A DNA stretch of 64,000 nucleotides from Lama guanicoe (Eukaryota): NCBI GenBank assembly GCA_013239625.1, contig MU053376.1, positions 24,833 to 88,832 of the forward strand, written 5' to 3'. Below the pieces are notes generated by a model. That model was not told the origin of the DNA, searched no databases, and worked only from the letters and a program-made list of their open reading frames with translations. The stretch's first letter is position 1, and each line of letters starts with the position of its first letter. This document shows, piece by piece, positions 39,705 to 51,830 of the stretch. Position numbers and translations under genes: made by a program.

Positions 39705-40183
39705 AATTAGTTTCCTATTACTGCTCTTACAGATAATCACAGACCTAGTGCCCTAGGACAGTGTCTACTTCTTGTTTTATAGTTCTGGAGATCAGAAATC
39801 CAAAGTGGCTCCCACTGGGCTAAAATCAAGGTGTTGACTGGGTGGCATTCCTTCTGGAGGCTCTAGGGGAGAACCCCTTTCCTTGCTTTTTCCAGCTTCT
39901 AGAGGCCACCTGCTTTCTTTGGCTTGCGGCCCCTTTCCAACTTCAATGCCAAAGACTGTATCATGTTAACGTCTGACATCACGTCTCCTCCAAGTACTTT
40001 GCTTCCCTCTTTCATTTATAGGACTTCTTTGGATTACATTGGGCCCACCTGCATAATCCAAGATTACCTCCCCTTAATTTAATTACATCTGCAAAGTCTC
40101 ATTTGCTGCATTAGTAACGTATTCAGAGTTCCCAGGGATTATGATGTGAACGTCTTTAGGGGGTCATTATTCTGTCTATCACA
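39705..40183 (-). mobile_element. MaLR LTR (MLT1C/D-like)
   Basis: ttagtttcctattactgct...gggctaaaatcaaggtgttg...cattattctgtctatcaca. Confidence 0.75.
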
Positions 40184-40314
40184 CCCGCCTAGGCTCTTCC
40201 CTTTAATAATAATTGCTACCATTTACTGAATATTTTTCATAGTTCAGGCTCCAAGCTCTCTGTTTTTTTTCCCCTAAGTATTTTCATATACTATAGAGAC
40301 AATACAAAATGGAT

Positions 40315-40447
40315 TTTTGTTTGTTTTTTGGAGAGGGGAGGTAATTAGGTTTATTTATTTATTTTAAAAGAGGTGCTGGGAATTGAACCAGGACTTCATG
40401 TATGTTAAGCATGTGCTCTACCAACCACTTGAGCTATACCCTCCCCA
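40315..40447 (-). mobile_element. Vic-1 SINE
   Basis: ggaggtaattaggtttattt...cacttgagctataccctcccc. Confidence 0.9.
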
Positions 40448-41316
40448 CTGAGACTATACGAAATGAAAAGAGGCCCCAAATTCTACTGGTAGGAAGCAAG
40501 CTGAGAAACCTACTCAGCTGCAAACACATGCTAGTGTTCACGAAAAAGGAAGGACGACATGGAGGTCAGAACCAGGAGCTCAGAGGGGAAGCCAGGAGCC
40601 ATGAAGAATATTCCATCTGGCCGGCTGGGTTTCAGAATTGCGGCAGACCACTTTCCCCTGTTTGACAAGCTGTTTTATGATGCCTTTCCCACACTGTATT
40701 TTGGGCGTGTCAATCGGGTGGTCAGATAACTCATCTGTTTGTCTAACTGGTCAAGAGGAACTTTTTTGGGGAGCTGAGCTTAAGGAACTACATGGGAGGA
40801 GCCTTATCTGCACTTGGACTTGATTTAGATGATGTGATACAGCTGATGCTATAGGTGGGGTGGACCTTGGGGTCCGGTGGGACTGAGTGTATTTTGCATG
40901 TGGAAGGGATGCGAACACTGGGGGGTCAGAGGGCAGAGGTAGCTAGCCTCCACAAAGGCCCCCAGTGACCACTGTTTCCTCGTAGTCACACCTTTAGGCA
41001 GCCCCTTGCACACGGCACCAGTAGCATATGGCCAAAGTGCTGGCATGCCCCTTCTGAGATAGCTTATCAAAGACTGTGGCCATTGTTCTGAGTGTGCTAT
41101 CTTTGTCTGTCTCGGCTTACTCACTCTGGGTGAGGCGAGCTGCCATGTTGTGAGTAGCCCTAGGGAGAGGCCCATGAGGTGAGGAAGAGAGACCCTGAGC
41201 CAGAACCACCCGCCTAAGCTGTTTCCAGAATCCTGATCCTAAGAAGCTACGTGAAGTAATATGTTCATTGTTTTATGTCACTGAATTTGGGGGCAATTCG
41301 TTACGCAGCAATAACT
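40448..41316 (+). mobile_element. MaLR internal remnant plus MLT1E/F-like LTR (about 40930-41316)
   Basis: gtattttgcatgtggaagggatgcgaacactgggggg, then an LTR with gctgccatgttgtgagtagccctagggagaggcccatg. Confidence 0.65.
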
Positions 41317-42677
41317 GTTTCAAGGGGCCAGAGAGGTACGAGTGAGGGGATCATTTGAAGCAATTCCTCTGTTCAAATGTCCTGAAACAGCTCCGTTGAC
41401 TGGGGCCTCATTTGTAGCCGTTTCCTCTCTCCGGGACGCCTGAGTTTCACACTGCTAACTTTCTGGTTCAATTTTCTCCAGAAAGGTCTGCCCAACCCAA
41501 AGTGGTGCCCCTGTCACTCGCCTGCATGTCTTCCTGCAGTAACTCTCTGCTTGGCACTGATCACTCCGATAGGTTTGTCTGCTTGGTGTTCATCCTCTGT
41601 CTCCCCCACTAGAATAGAAGCCCCACAAGAGCAGGGAGCTTGTCTCTTGTTCAGCACCCAAAACAGTGCTTGGCAGCCGTAGGTGAGGCTGAGCAGCAGC
41701 TCTCCCGTCATGCCGGCACTTGCTTCCAGCCACGCCTCCTGAACTATCTGAGGTTTCCTTTCAGTCACTCTGCTTCGCACATCATTCTTTCTCCTGAAAT
41801 GCCTTTTCCCCTTCTTTAATTGACGAAAACCTATACACCTTTTAAGGAAATTCAGGTGCCTGAGTCAGGGGTCCCTCCTGAGTGCCCCCATGGCACCCAG
41901 AGCTCCCCCCCATAACACGTACCCTCCATCAGGTGTGCTCAGCTGTCTGAGAGCGTGTGCCTTGCCAGATGTGGGACTCAGGAGGACCTGGGCTGTGACT
42001 CCTTCACTGCTGCATCGCCAGGGAGCCGGCAGAGTGCTGAGATGGTGGCAGTCCTCAGCCAGCATCTGGTACGTGCAGAGATGCATCATAAGATGGGGCA
42101 AAGCCCCATGGAGGTGGCTGGGATTGGTGTGTACCCACACTGTGTCCTTGCTCCCAGGGCGTTGGTCCCTGCTGGCTGAGGATACATCAGTGTCTCCACC
42201 TAGGTAAAACTCTCGTGTGAAACGATCCTTGAGAAAGACAGGGGAATTGTGGGCACTAGAAACATCCTTGGGTTGGACAAAGGAGTGACCTCAGTGGCCA
42301 GGCACTGGAACCCCAGAAAAGCTTTTAACTCATCTCAAGGTGGCCTCTCCCACCCTTCACTCTGGATCAAGTGGGTTCTGTGGCGCTTCCGATGGTCCTG
42401 GGACCTCAGTGGACTAACAGACTCCCTTCTTCCCTTCTCTCCAACGACACAATGATTGAAAGGTCCAGGAGGCGGGGGTAGGGGGAAGGATAATCATCCG
42501 TGATAGGAGGGGATGTCTGAATTAGGCAGAAACAAAGTGGGGGAGAAGACGAGCCACTGCTGGCTTACATGATTGAAGCTCTGAACAGCCCCATGGATGC
42601 ACAACATCCCCCCCCAAGCCCAACATAAAAAGCCCTTTCTCAGAACAAAAGCCCCGTCCCCCACCGAAAGCACTTAC

Positions 42678-42761
42678 TTAACAATAACAGCAAAACACAC
42701 AGGGTACAAAAACATTTTTCTCAAAAATTTTTCTGCTTCAATTCAACAAATATTTATTCTC
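42678..42761 (-). other. Candidate exon C (84 nt) or terminal exon with poly(A) signal
   Basis: Strong acceptor tttctttatatatctctgctttttcAG and donor TAA|GTAAGT. AATAAA at 42758-42753 is followed by a GT/T-rich tract. Phase-0 reading is ENKYLLN*SRKIFEKNVFVPCVFCCYC*. Confidence 0.35.
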
Positions 42762-43515
42762 CTGAAAAAGCAGAGATATATAAAGAAATAGAAACGTGGA
42801 TTGTTTTCCTTGTTTTTGACTGAAAAGCCTATTGGCACAACCAGGAGAACAACGTTGCCCCAGTGAGCCAAAGCACAATGGGAAAGCGGTTTTAAAATAG
42901 AAAAGAACTCTAATATATAAATATACCAAGGTAATTTCAAAACGCAGTAGAGCCTCAGTGCTAGCGTAGGGGTGGGTCTCATGCTCACAGGCAACTCGTG
43001 TCCTAACTTCCCAGTGGGCTGTTTCGGGGATGCAGCTTAATGCAGGGTGAGTCTCCATCGTCACGTTAATAAATATGGGGGCACATGTAAAATGATCACA
43101 ATAGCACGTGACTCTATCACAGTAACAGGTAAACTATAAAAAAAAAATATGGGGGCCAGTGTAAAACTATCCCAATGCAGATGTACCTAATTAGCAAAAC
43201 CCAACGTGAAAAGCCACTTAGAAAGCAAACGGGAGTTCAGAGAGCCGGCTCTGGGTTGGGGAAGGGCGCTCAGTCTCCTCGTCCGCGAAGTGGATTTGAA
43301 GACCTCTTCTGTTCCTTCGGGTGCCAACAGGCTGTGAGGGCTTACTCGGGAATCCAGGGCCAAGCGTGGTGCAAGAGACAGGAAAATCCCATCAGGGGCC
43401 TTACGGGTACCTCTATTAGAAACGAAGGACCAGGCCGAATGAATTGCAACCCCAAAACTCCTCTAAGGGGAACCAGCGGGCCTGGCCCCAGTCCTGGCAG
43501 GAGCGTGTAACTTAC

Positions 43516-43971
43516 ATGGCGTGAGTCTTCACAGATTTCAATCACTGTGAAATTGATCTTTGCCACCGCCATGGATACACATATGTTGTCGTGACGTAGG
43601 TCCTGCAGGATGTGGATCTGGGCGAATTGTGTGAGATGGTGCCAAGCCTGTCCTTGCCAAGAAGACACAAGAGGCTTCACTGAGCATGCGAGAACTTTGC
43701 CGGATGGTGTCAGAGAGAGGTGGCTCTGCCCAAAGGTGACAAGTCCCTGTGACCAGGAGACAACGGCGGGTGCTTTCCTGGACTCTGCGTCTCTGTGTAC
43801 TGCAGTGGTGAGTGCGACCATTACGCTGACTTGTTCAGTGTTGTTTTGAGTTCTTTCAGTCCCTTCAAGGATACAGCCAACAATTGTAGTATTCGAAAAG
43901 GAGCCGTGAACATGGTAAAGAATGGGTATAAGGGAGCCTCAGAGGGCAGCTTTCCGCAGGTACCTGCCTTC
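43516..43971 (-). pseudogene. Candidate exon B (456 nt, phase 0-0) with one in-frame TGA
   Basis: Acceptor ccctcgttctctgcccAG and donor CAT|GTAAGT. 152 codons with a single stop (TGA 43941-43939), then 141 open codons. Confidence 0.4.
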
Positions 43972-44139
43972 CTGGGCAGAGAACGAGGGCTCTCCAGGTT
44001 CACTCTGGCTTGCTTCCTGGCCCTGGTGCCTTTGTCTCAGCTGCCTCTCTCTCTGTCCCCACCCCACGCCCAGCCCACACAGAGGCGCTGAGGGGGACCT
44101 GCTGCAGACTCCGTCCCCCGCCCCACACCCACCACCCAC

Positions 44140-44239
44140 CGGCACTTCTTCATGAAGACCATTCCCTGGCTTAATTATTTGCAGATCTTCTTTCTCTTTT
44201 GAGTCTCTCAAAGTCCAAAGACTCTTCAGATAATTAAAC
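44140..44239 (-). other. Candidate exon A (100 nt) of an unannotated spliced gene/pseudogene
   Basis: Acceptor tctcttcctcctgtccttccAG and donor CCG|GTGGGT. Open frame FNYLKSLWTLRDSKEKEDLQIIKPGNGLHEEVP ends in phase 0. Confidence 0.4.
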
Positions 44240-45854
44240 CTGGAAGGACAGGAGGAAGAGACCCACCCTCCTGGGCCTTTGGGATGGGCTGGGCGATTAG
44301 GTCATAACTGATCTTTATTGTTGCAGTTTAAGATTATTTATCCCCCTCCCAGAGGAGCGTGTGTCACCCGCCTGCCCCACCCCCAGCTCTGCGGAGCTGA
44401 GGCTGACCTGCCTCGGGCCTGGAGCCCTGCCCTCAGCCTGCGCTGAGGACCTGGGATCAGTGGCTGGGCTGTTTACTGATTTTCTCTCCTTGGGGGCCTC
44501 TGCAGTTGTGTCCCTGCCCCTACCCCGGACTTCACTGCATTTCTCATTCTCCTTGTCACTGCCACACCTTTTGTCCTTCTGGCTGTCTCAGCCCTGGGCT
44601 TCCTAGCCTGTTCAGCCTTCCTGGGGACCAAAGCCCAGGGTCAGAGAGGAGAACTGTGAAAGCACATCCCTGCAGCAGCCTCCGCTCCCGAGTTCTGAGA
44701 GCTTTCCCAGGCATGCCCTGGAAAGGAAACCAGGGCGGGAGGAATGAGTTTCCCTAAAAATATATTTAGATTTCCCAGTGGAGGGATGAGTGGGAGGGTG
44801 GAAGACGGGACCATGAACTACACTGGACATTCAGCTCCACTCTGAACCCGAGATGCAGAGGCTCCTACTGGAAAAAAACCTCCCTGGAAAAGAATGGGAA
44901 AGAGAAAGAATTCTTCTACCCACAAATAAATCTCCAGGGGCGGTCCTAGGCCATGGAGATTAATTATATTATTATTTGTGATAATAATATACTTCATAGA
45001 ATAGTCTAAAATATTTTTACTGATTTCATTCTGCTCATCAGCATGACCTCATTTGTTTGGGCCCATGAGGCTGGACAGAGATGAGCTCCGTGTCACTAAG
45101 TGAGAACCGGGAGCAAGAGCAGCTAAGTGACGTGCCCAAGTCAAGACCAGAACCTGAGTGCCCTGCCTCTCCACCTCAGATCAATTACGTCGTTTCCTTG
45201 TCACAATGTGGGGGTCTCCGCTGGGAGGCTGTGATTTTCACTTGCTGCGTTGAAATCATAGTAAGATTGCCTGGGGATGGACAGGTTTCCCTGACAGGGG
45301 ATTCCTACTTCTTTTCAGTGGCAGGTCCTTCCTGGGCCCACCTGTGTTCTCTTCCTTTAGGGAGCAGTACCCCCTCCGAATGAAGGACAGCCCACAGCTA
45401 CCATCACTGCACACCCACTGTGGGCCGGGACTGCACCAGGAACTCATGTGAATTATCCCACTGAATTCTCCCAGTAACTCTGGGTAGAGGGCTCTGCTCA
45501 CTCTCATTTCTCAGAGGAGGTGATGGGATCCAAGAAGTCAACCTTCCCTAGGTCACATAGCTAGTAATGGGCAAGAGCCAAGATTTAAACCCAGGACCTC
45601 CTGGACTCTAGAGGAAATGCCTTTAACTATGAAAGATGTACCACAGACAAGAGAGTGGATGCCCACAGCATGTGGTTTTCCAGAACCAGAGCCCAGGTAT
45701 CCTGGCTTCCAGGTCCAGAGCTGTCCCCTTGGCCCATCCCAGGTCACCGGCAGCTTCCTCCTTCAGCTTCACAGTTTTATCCCCTGCTGCCTGCCATGTC
45801 AGATGATCTATTTCAGCCTAGAAAGCCCCTTTCAGCCTATAAAGAAACTGCTTG

Positions 45855-45959
45855 GGGCGGGGGGTAGAGCGCGTGCTTAGCATGCACGAGGTCCTGGCTT
45901 CAATCCCCAGTATCTCCATTAAAAAAATAAAATAAAAAGTTTTTTTAAAGAAGAAAGAA
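45855..45959 (+). mobile_element. 5'-shortened Vic-1 SINE
   Basis: TSD AAAGAAACT(G/A)CTTG at 45841-45854 and 45960-45973. Confidence 0.85.
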
Positions 45960-48569
45960 AAAGAAACTACTTGCATTAAAAACAAATCCCTCAAACTCAA
46001 GCAAACAAACAATTCCTCAAATAATTAATGAGATCTCTGAGCCATGCTCCTGTAAGTGTCCTCATAGATGCCTGCTATGTTCAACTCACGTGGTCTCCCA
46101 GCCCCATCCCCAAACCCTATTGCGTCTGAACCAGGTCAGAGAAGTACCCAGAGCAGAAGTGGTCCTCAGCACCCAGCTGGAGTTTTGGTTTGCCCCCAGA
46201 CGCTCAGAACTCAGTATGATACAGAAGAGACAAGTCCCCTAGCTCCAGCACTGGGCCCACTAACCTACATCTCACTGGCCACCATTGCTTGGACTGGGGC
46301 CATTAACTGCTCAGGCCTCCAGTCTCTGGGGACCTCGGTCCAGAGGGCGAACAAGCCGCACCTGCTTGGTGAGACCTGGATGGGGGTGCAGTGCGGGGGC
46401 AGAGTAGCACTGAGTGAGCCTTCTGCAGACCGTGTCTGAGAAACCCACTCTCATAACAAAACAAACCAACAAAAAGTCCTGATCAGTGGGCTCCTGCAGT
46501 GGCTGACTGCAAGCCACCAACGGATTTAGCATTCCTGAACATTGAAGCCTTGGCTCCCGTGGCATGGGCTGGCTCCAGCACACCATTGCCTCCTCCTGTG
46601 CTGCCCACCCTTGGCTCCCATATGTCCTTGGTGCAGGGGCAGTTGTTAATTCTGTCTCAGTCTCTGGCAGGTGTCTGACAAACAGTCTAGGAAAACCGAG
46701 TCCCAGACAGTACATCTCCCCAAGCTCCCAGGTTCCAGCCACAGGGGAAAGAAGCAAACAGTGTAAAGCCTTGATGTCTAAAAGGGCTTTTCCTTCCGCG
46801 GAGCTCAAAGCAGTTGCGGCGTCTGATCTTACCTTACCCTCCCAACACCCTCGGAAAGTGGAGAGACAGCAGGAAGGATCTGGGCATCCCTTCCTGAAAG
46901 ATGGGGACACTGAGGCCCAGAGAGCTCAGCCTGGTCGAGGCCACCAGCACTTGGGAGCAGAGGCTAGAATGGGGAGCCCAAGTATGGCTCCCATTCTGAA
47001 TCTCACAGCCCTCCCCGCCCCCACTCTGCCTCCTCATGACTCCGGAGCCGGAGGTGGATGGGGATGGAGAAGCAGGTCTCCCTGTGGTTTTCCCAGACAG
47101 AACCCAGGTCTCTACTTCCCAGCTCTCCCAGTCTCAGACCACACACCCTTAGTGCCTCCAGGGGAGCTGGCCCGACAGGCTTCCCTTGGGGCTGCGCCAG
47201 CTCTGTCTCCGCTCATTAGCAGGTCTGTTTCCAGGTGGATCCACTGTGGGGTCATTAAAGCAATAAACAAGTTCCCGACTGTCGGTGGGCTGGACCTGGC
47301 ACCCACTGATCCTTGCATTGTGCGGAGTTCCAGCGGGCCCACACAGCCCCCGAAACAATGCCTCACTTCCTCCCAGGAAGCCGCAGACCCGAGCCAGTCT
47401 CCTGGGCTCGCCCACGTGCTCTGGCCAAGCCATTGTCTTCAAGTCGGACAGGTCCAGCCATTCCCATGACCAGGGTAATTGCATCCTCTTTGCCGTCCAA
47501 AAGGAGGAGGAGGACAAGGGGCTGGGGGCAAAGAGCCATAGTTCCCCTAAGGATGCTGCTGCCCAAGCCCCCACAGTCCCTGACAGGAGGTCTGTGGTCC
47601 CCGCTGCCCACCGAGATTCCATGCATCAGCCTCTCCCTGGAACAGGGGTGCAGAAACAAATGCAGGGCTGGAGCCCTAACTAAGCCTCTCAGTCCTCCTG
47701 GCACCCTTCTTCTGTGTTTAGCTAGGATTGTTCCCTATGTCCCCAGATATATACATCCCTGGTGTGGGGGTGAGGATGGGGTGGAGCGGTGGCAGGGCGC
47801 ATGAATAATGTGAGCAAAAAGGTCACCCAGCTTGCAGAGGCATTCGCCTGGTGGGGAGCACTCTGGCCGCCTCACGGTGTCCTTTCTCGAGGGATTCTAA
47901 CAGGTCATGAGGGAGGCCCTAAGCCACAATCACTGCCAAGCTGGATTTCTTTCTTTTAAACAGCTCTCTTTGAGATTTCTTAGGTGGAATGATGCCTTAG
48001 GGACAGGAGAGGACCTGGAACAGAGGGAGCTGGGATCTGAGAAGAGGATGAGACGCGGGTGGGGAAGAGACCAAGAAGCCGAGGCCGGTTCTGTGGAACG
48101 CCTGGCCCTGGTGGTCCATGGGATTAGAACGGTTGCAGTCTGGAGGCAAAGGTGCCAGAGACTCTGTGTGCAGTCTCTCACCCTTGCCAAGACCCAGCAA
48201 GAGCTGGTGAGGCTGATGTGTTTAGTCGAGGGCCAACCCTGCATCAGCTGAACACAATTTGCTAAGACTGCTCAGCTCTGGCCCCAAGCCCTTACCTGGG
48301 GAAACAGACAGCTTATCCTCAAAGCCAGCGGGTCGGAGGCACAGAAGGTTCTGGATTGTGGTGGCTGATGAAGAGAGGCCTGGCTGGGGTGGCAGGTGGC
48401 GGGGACATGCTGGGAGAGAGACCTTTCACAGAGAAAGGAGCCCCTGCTGTGGGACGGCTTTGAAGTAACGATGCTGGAAATATGCTGGAGGCGGATGGGA
48501 AGATGGAGACAGACCAGCATCAAACCCCACTCCTTCAATGTAGGGTGTGGCCAACATTGCCCTTTTTTC

Positions 48570-51500
48570 TTTTTAAATTAACTTTATCGAGGTGTAATTT
48601 ACTTAAAGTAAAACACGGTTTTAAGTGTGCACTTCAATGCATTTTGACAAGTTTATAAACCTATGTAACCACCGCCACAATCAAGGTGTAGGACATCTCC
48701 GTCATCCCCAGAAGGCTCCCTCGTGCCCCTGTGCAGCCAGCCTCCCCCCAAGACTGGCCCCAGGCAACCGTTGATCTGTTTTCTGTCACCAGAGACTAAG
48801 TTTTGCAAATTCAAGATTTTCATATAAACAGAACCGTAGCGTATGGACTCTTGTGTCTGTCTTCACCCAGTTGTTGCGTGTACCTGTGGTTTTTTTTCTT
48901 TTCATTGCTGAAGAGTGTTCCATTCTGTAACTTCACCACAATATATTTATCCATCCTTATTCATGGACAGCTGGACGATTTCCACTTTGGGGCTGTTATG
49001 ACTAAGACTTCCTTCAGTGTTAGTATAAAAGTCTTTGTGGACGTATATTTTCATTTCTCTTGGGTATTTATCTAGCAGGGAAATTGCTAGGTCATATGGT
49101 AAGTGTATGTTAATTTTATAAGAAATCACCAAACTCTTTTCCAAAGTGGTTGGAGCATTTTATGCACCCACCATCAATATACAAACGTTCCAGTTGCTCT
49201 TCTGCATCCTTGCTCATTCTTGGTGTTGTCCACCTTTATTCTTTTAGCCATTCCAGTAGGAGTCTAATGAAATCTCATCGCAGTTTTAATTTGCATTTCC
49301 TTGATAACTAATGATATTAAATATGCCTTATTGGCCATTCATTGATTTTCTTCAGTGAAGTGATTGTTCACATCTTTTATCCATTTTAAAAAATTTAGGG
49401 GCGGCAGGAGGGTATAGCTCAGTGGTACAGTGTGTGCATAGCATGCTGGTGGTCCTGGGTTCAATCCCCAGTACCTCCATTAAACAAAGAAACAAACAAA
49501 TAAACAAACAAACAAGCCTAATTACCTCGACCCAAATTGGGCAGCTTGTCTTCTTATTGAAATGTAAGAGTTCTTTATATATTCTGAGCACAAGTTTATT
49601 GTTAATAATTTCTCCCAGGCTGCGGCCTGTAACTTCCTTTTTTTTTTTTTTTTCCCAAAAGTGTTCTTTGAAGAGCAGAAGTTTCTAATTTCAATGGAGT
49701 CAATTTTATTGTTTCTTTTTTGGTGTCCTTCCTTAGAAATCTTTAGTAACTCCTAGTTCACAAAGATTTGCTGTTATGTTTTCTTTTAAAATTTTTATCA
49801 TTTCTGATTTTATGTCTAGATCTGGGCTCCATTTCTAGTTTATTTTTGTATATATTATGAGGTTGTGGTCAAGGCATATTTTTTTTCATAAGACTATAGC
49901 ATTGTTCGAGTTTTATTTATTGGAAAGATATCCTTTCTTCTTTTGGGGGGGAAGGGAGGTAATTAGGTTTATTTATTTTTACTTATTTATTTGTTTTTCA
50001 ATGGAGGTACTAGGACTTGAACACGCTCTACCACTACCCCTACCCTCCATCCTTTCCTCTTTAAATTACTGTGGTACCTTTATCAAAATCAATTGACAAA
50101 ACATGTATAGGTCTATTCCTGGACTGTCTGTTCTGTTTCACTGATCTGTGTGTCCATCCTTACACCAACACCACACTGACTTCATTACTATAGCTTTAGA
50201 TTATGTCTTGAAGTCAAGTAACGCATCCTGCTTTGCTCTTCTTTTTCAAGATAGTTTTGGATATTCTAGGTCCTTTTAATTTCCATGTAAATTTTAGAAT
50301 AAGCTTGTTGATTTTTGCAAAAATTACTGAGTGATTGTTTTAGTCCATTGGGCTGCCAAAACAGAATACTGTAGACTTACCATAGACTTAAACAACAGGA
50401 ATTTATTTCTCACAATTCTAGGGGCGGGGAAATTCCAGATCAAGGGACCAGCAGACCCGATGTCTGGTGACAGCCCACCTCCTGGTTCATAGATGGCTGT
50501 CTCTTCACTGTGTCCTCTCATAGCAGAAGGGGCAAGTGTTCTCTCTGGGGACTTCTTATAAGGGCACTAATCCCATCTGTGAGGGCTCTGCCCTCATGAC
50601 CTAATCACCTCCTAAGACCTCACCTCCTGACACAGCCACTTTGGGAATAGGGTTCCAACATGTGAATTTAGGGTGGCGGGGGACACAAACACTTCATCCA
50701 CACCAGGGGTTATGATCGGGATTGCACTGAATCTGTAGGGCATCTTTGGAAGCATCACCATTTTAACAATAGTGAGTCTTCCCATCCCTGAATATTGCAT
50801 ATCTCTTCATTTAGACCTTCTTTAATTTCTCCCAGCAATGTTTTATAGTTTTCCATGTTAATGTCTTACACAAGTTTCATTAAATTTATCTCTAAGATTT
50901 ACATGTTTGTGGATGCTACTGTAAATGGCATCTTTTCATTTCATTTTCCAATAGTTTGTCACAAGTATACAGAAATACGACTGATTTTTATATACTGACC
51001 TTGTATTTTGCAACCTTGCTCAACTGACTTATTAGTTCTAGCAGGTTTTTTGGTTTTTATTTTATTTTTTTGGTAAATTCATTAGATTTCTACTACATAT
51101 AATTTTATCTGTGAATGAAGTCAGCTTTATTTCTTCTTTTACACTCTGTGTGCCCTGCATTCCTGGACTACACTGGTCCTGATGTATTATCCTTTTGTAT
51201 ACTGCTAGGTTCTATTTGCAAAAATCTGTTAAGGCTTTGTGTCTCTGTTCATGAGGGATATTAGTCTGTAGTTTTCTTTCCTTGTAATATCTTTGGTTGT
51301 GGCATCAGGGTAATGCCCAGCTCATAAAGTAAGTTGGGAATATTTCTTCTTCCTCTGTTTTCTGAAACAATTAATATATGATTAGTATTATTTCATCCTT
51401 AAATGGTTGATAGAATTTTACCAGGTTTTTTTTTTTTTTTTCATGAACTCAAGTCTTTAACAGATAGAGGGCTACTCAGATTTTCTATTTCTTCTTGGGC

Positions 51501-51830
51501 CAGTTTTTCTAATACGTGTATTTAAAGCAATTTGTTCATTTCATGTAAGTTGCCAATTTTATTCTAAAAATTTGTTACTAATACTCCCTTCTCACCCTTT
51601 TAATATCTATAGGATTGGAAGTGATGCTCCCTCCCTTTCATCCCGATGCTGGTAACTTGTGTCTTTCCTCTTTTGTTGTTGATCAATCCGGCTAGAAGTC
51701 TACCGATTTCATCGATCTTTTCAAAGAACCAGCCTTTGCTTTCATTGATTCTTTTCATTGTTGCTCTGTTTCGTATTTCACTGATTTCTGCTCTTATCTT
51801 CATTACTTTCTTCCTGACATTGCTTCTTAA
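48570..51830 (-). mobile_element. Old L1 (3' UTR through ORF2) with Vic-1 (about 49398-49530 +, about 49940-50048 -) and MLT1A/B (about 50330-50705) insertions
   Basis: Reverse-frame ORF2 remnants KIRAEISEIRNRATMKRINESKGWFFEKIDEIGRLLA, GRLTIVKMVMLPK, HLPYDLAISLLDKYPREMK. Confidence 0.9.

Noticed and set aside
42681..42715. FVPCVFCCYC resembling hepcidin FPICIFCCGCC
   Set aside because: Too short, lacks the remaining cysteines, and TG-rich DNA readily encodes Cys/Phe/Val.
43562..43594. Perfect Kozak GCCACCGCCATGG on the plus strand
   Set aside because: Opens only MDTHMLS*; it is the antisense of candidate exon B (SMAVAK).
46564..47469. Longest ORF (301 aa, +)
   Set aside because: Pro/Ser/Gly/Ala-rich with no recognisable domain; crosses MIR-like sequence; such ORFs arise by chance in GC-rich DNA.
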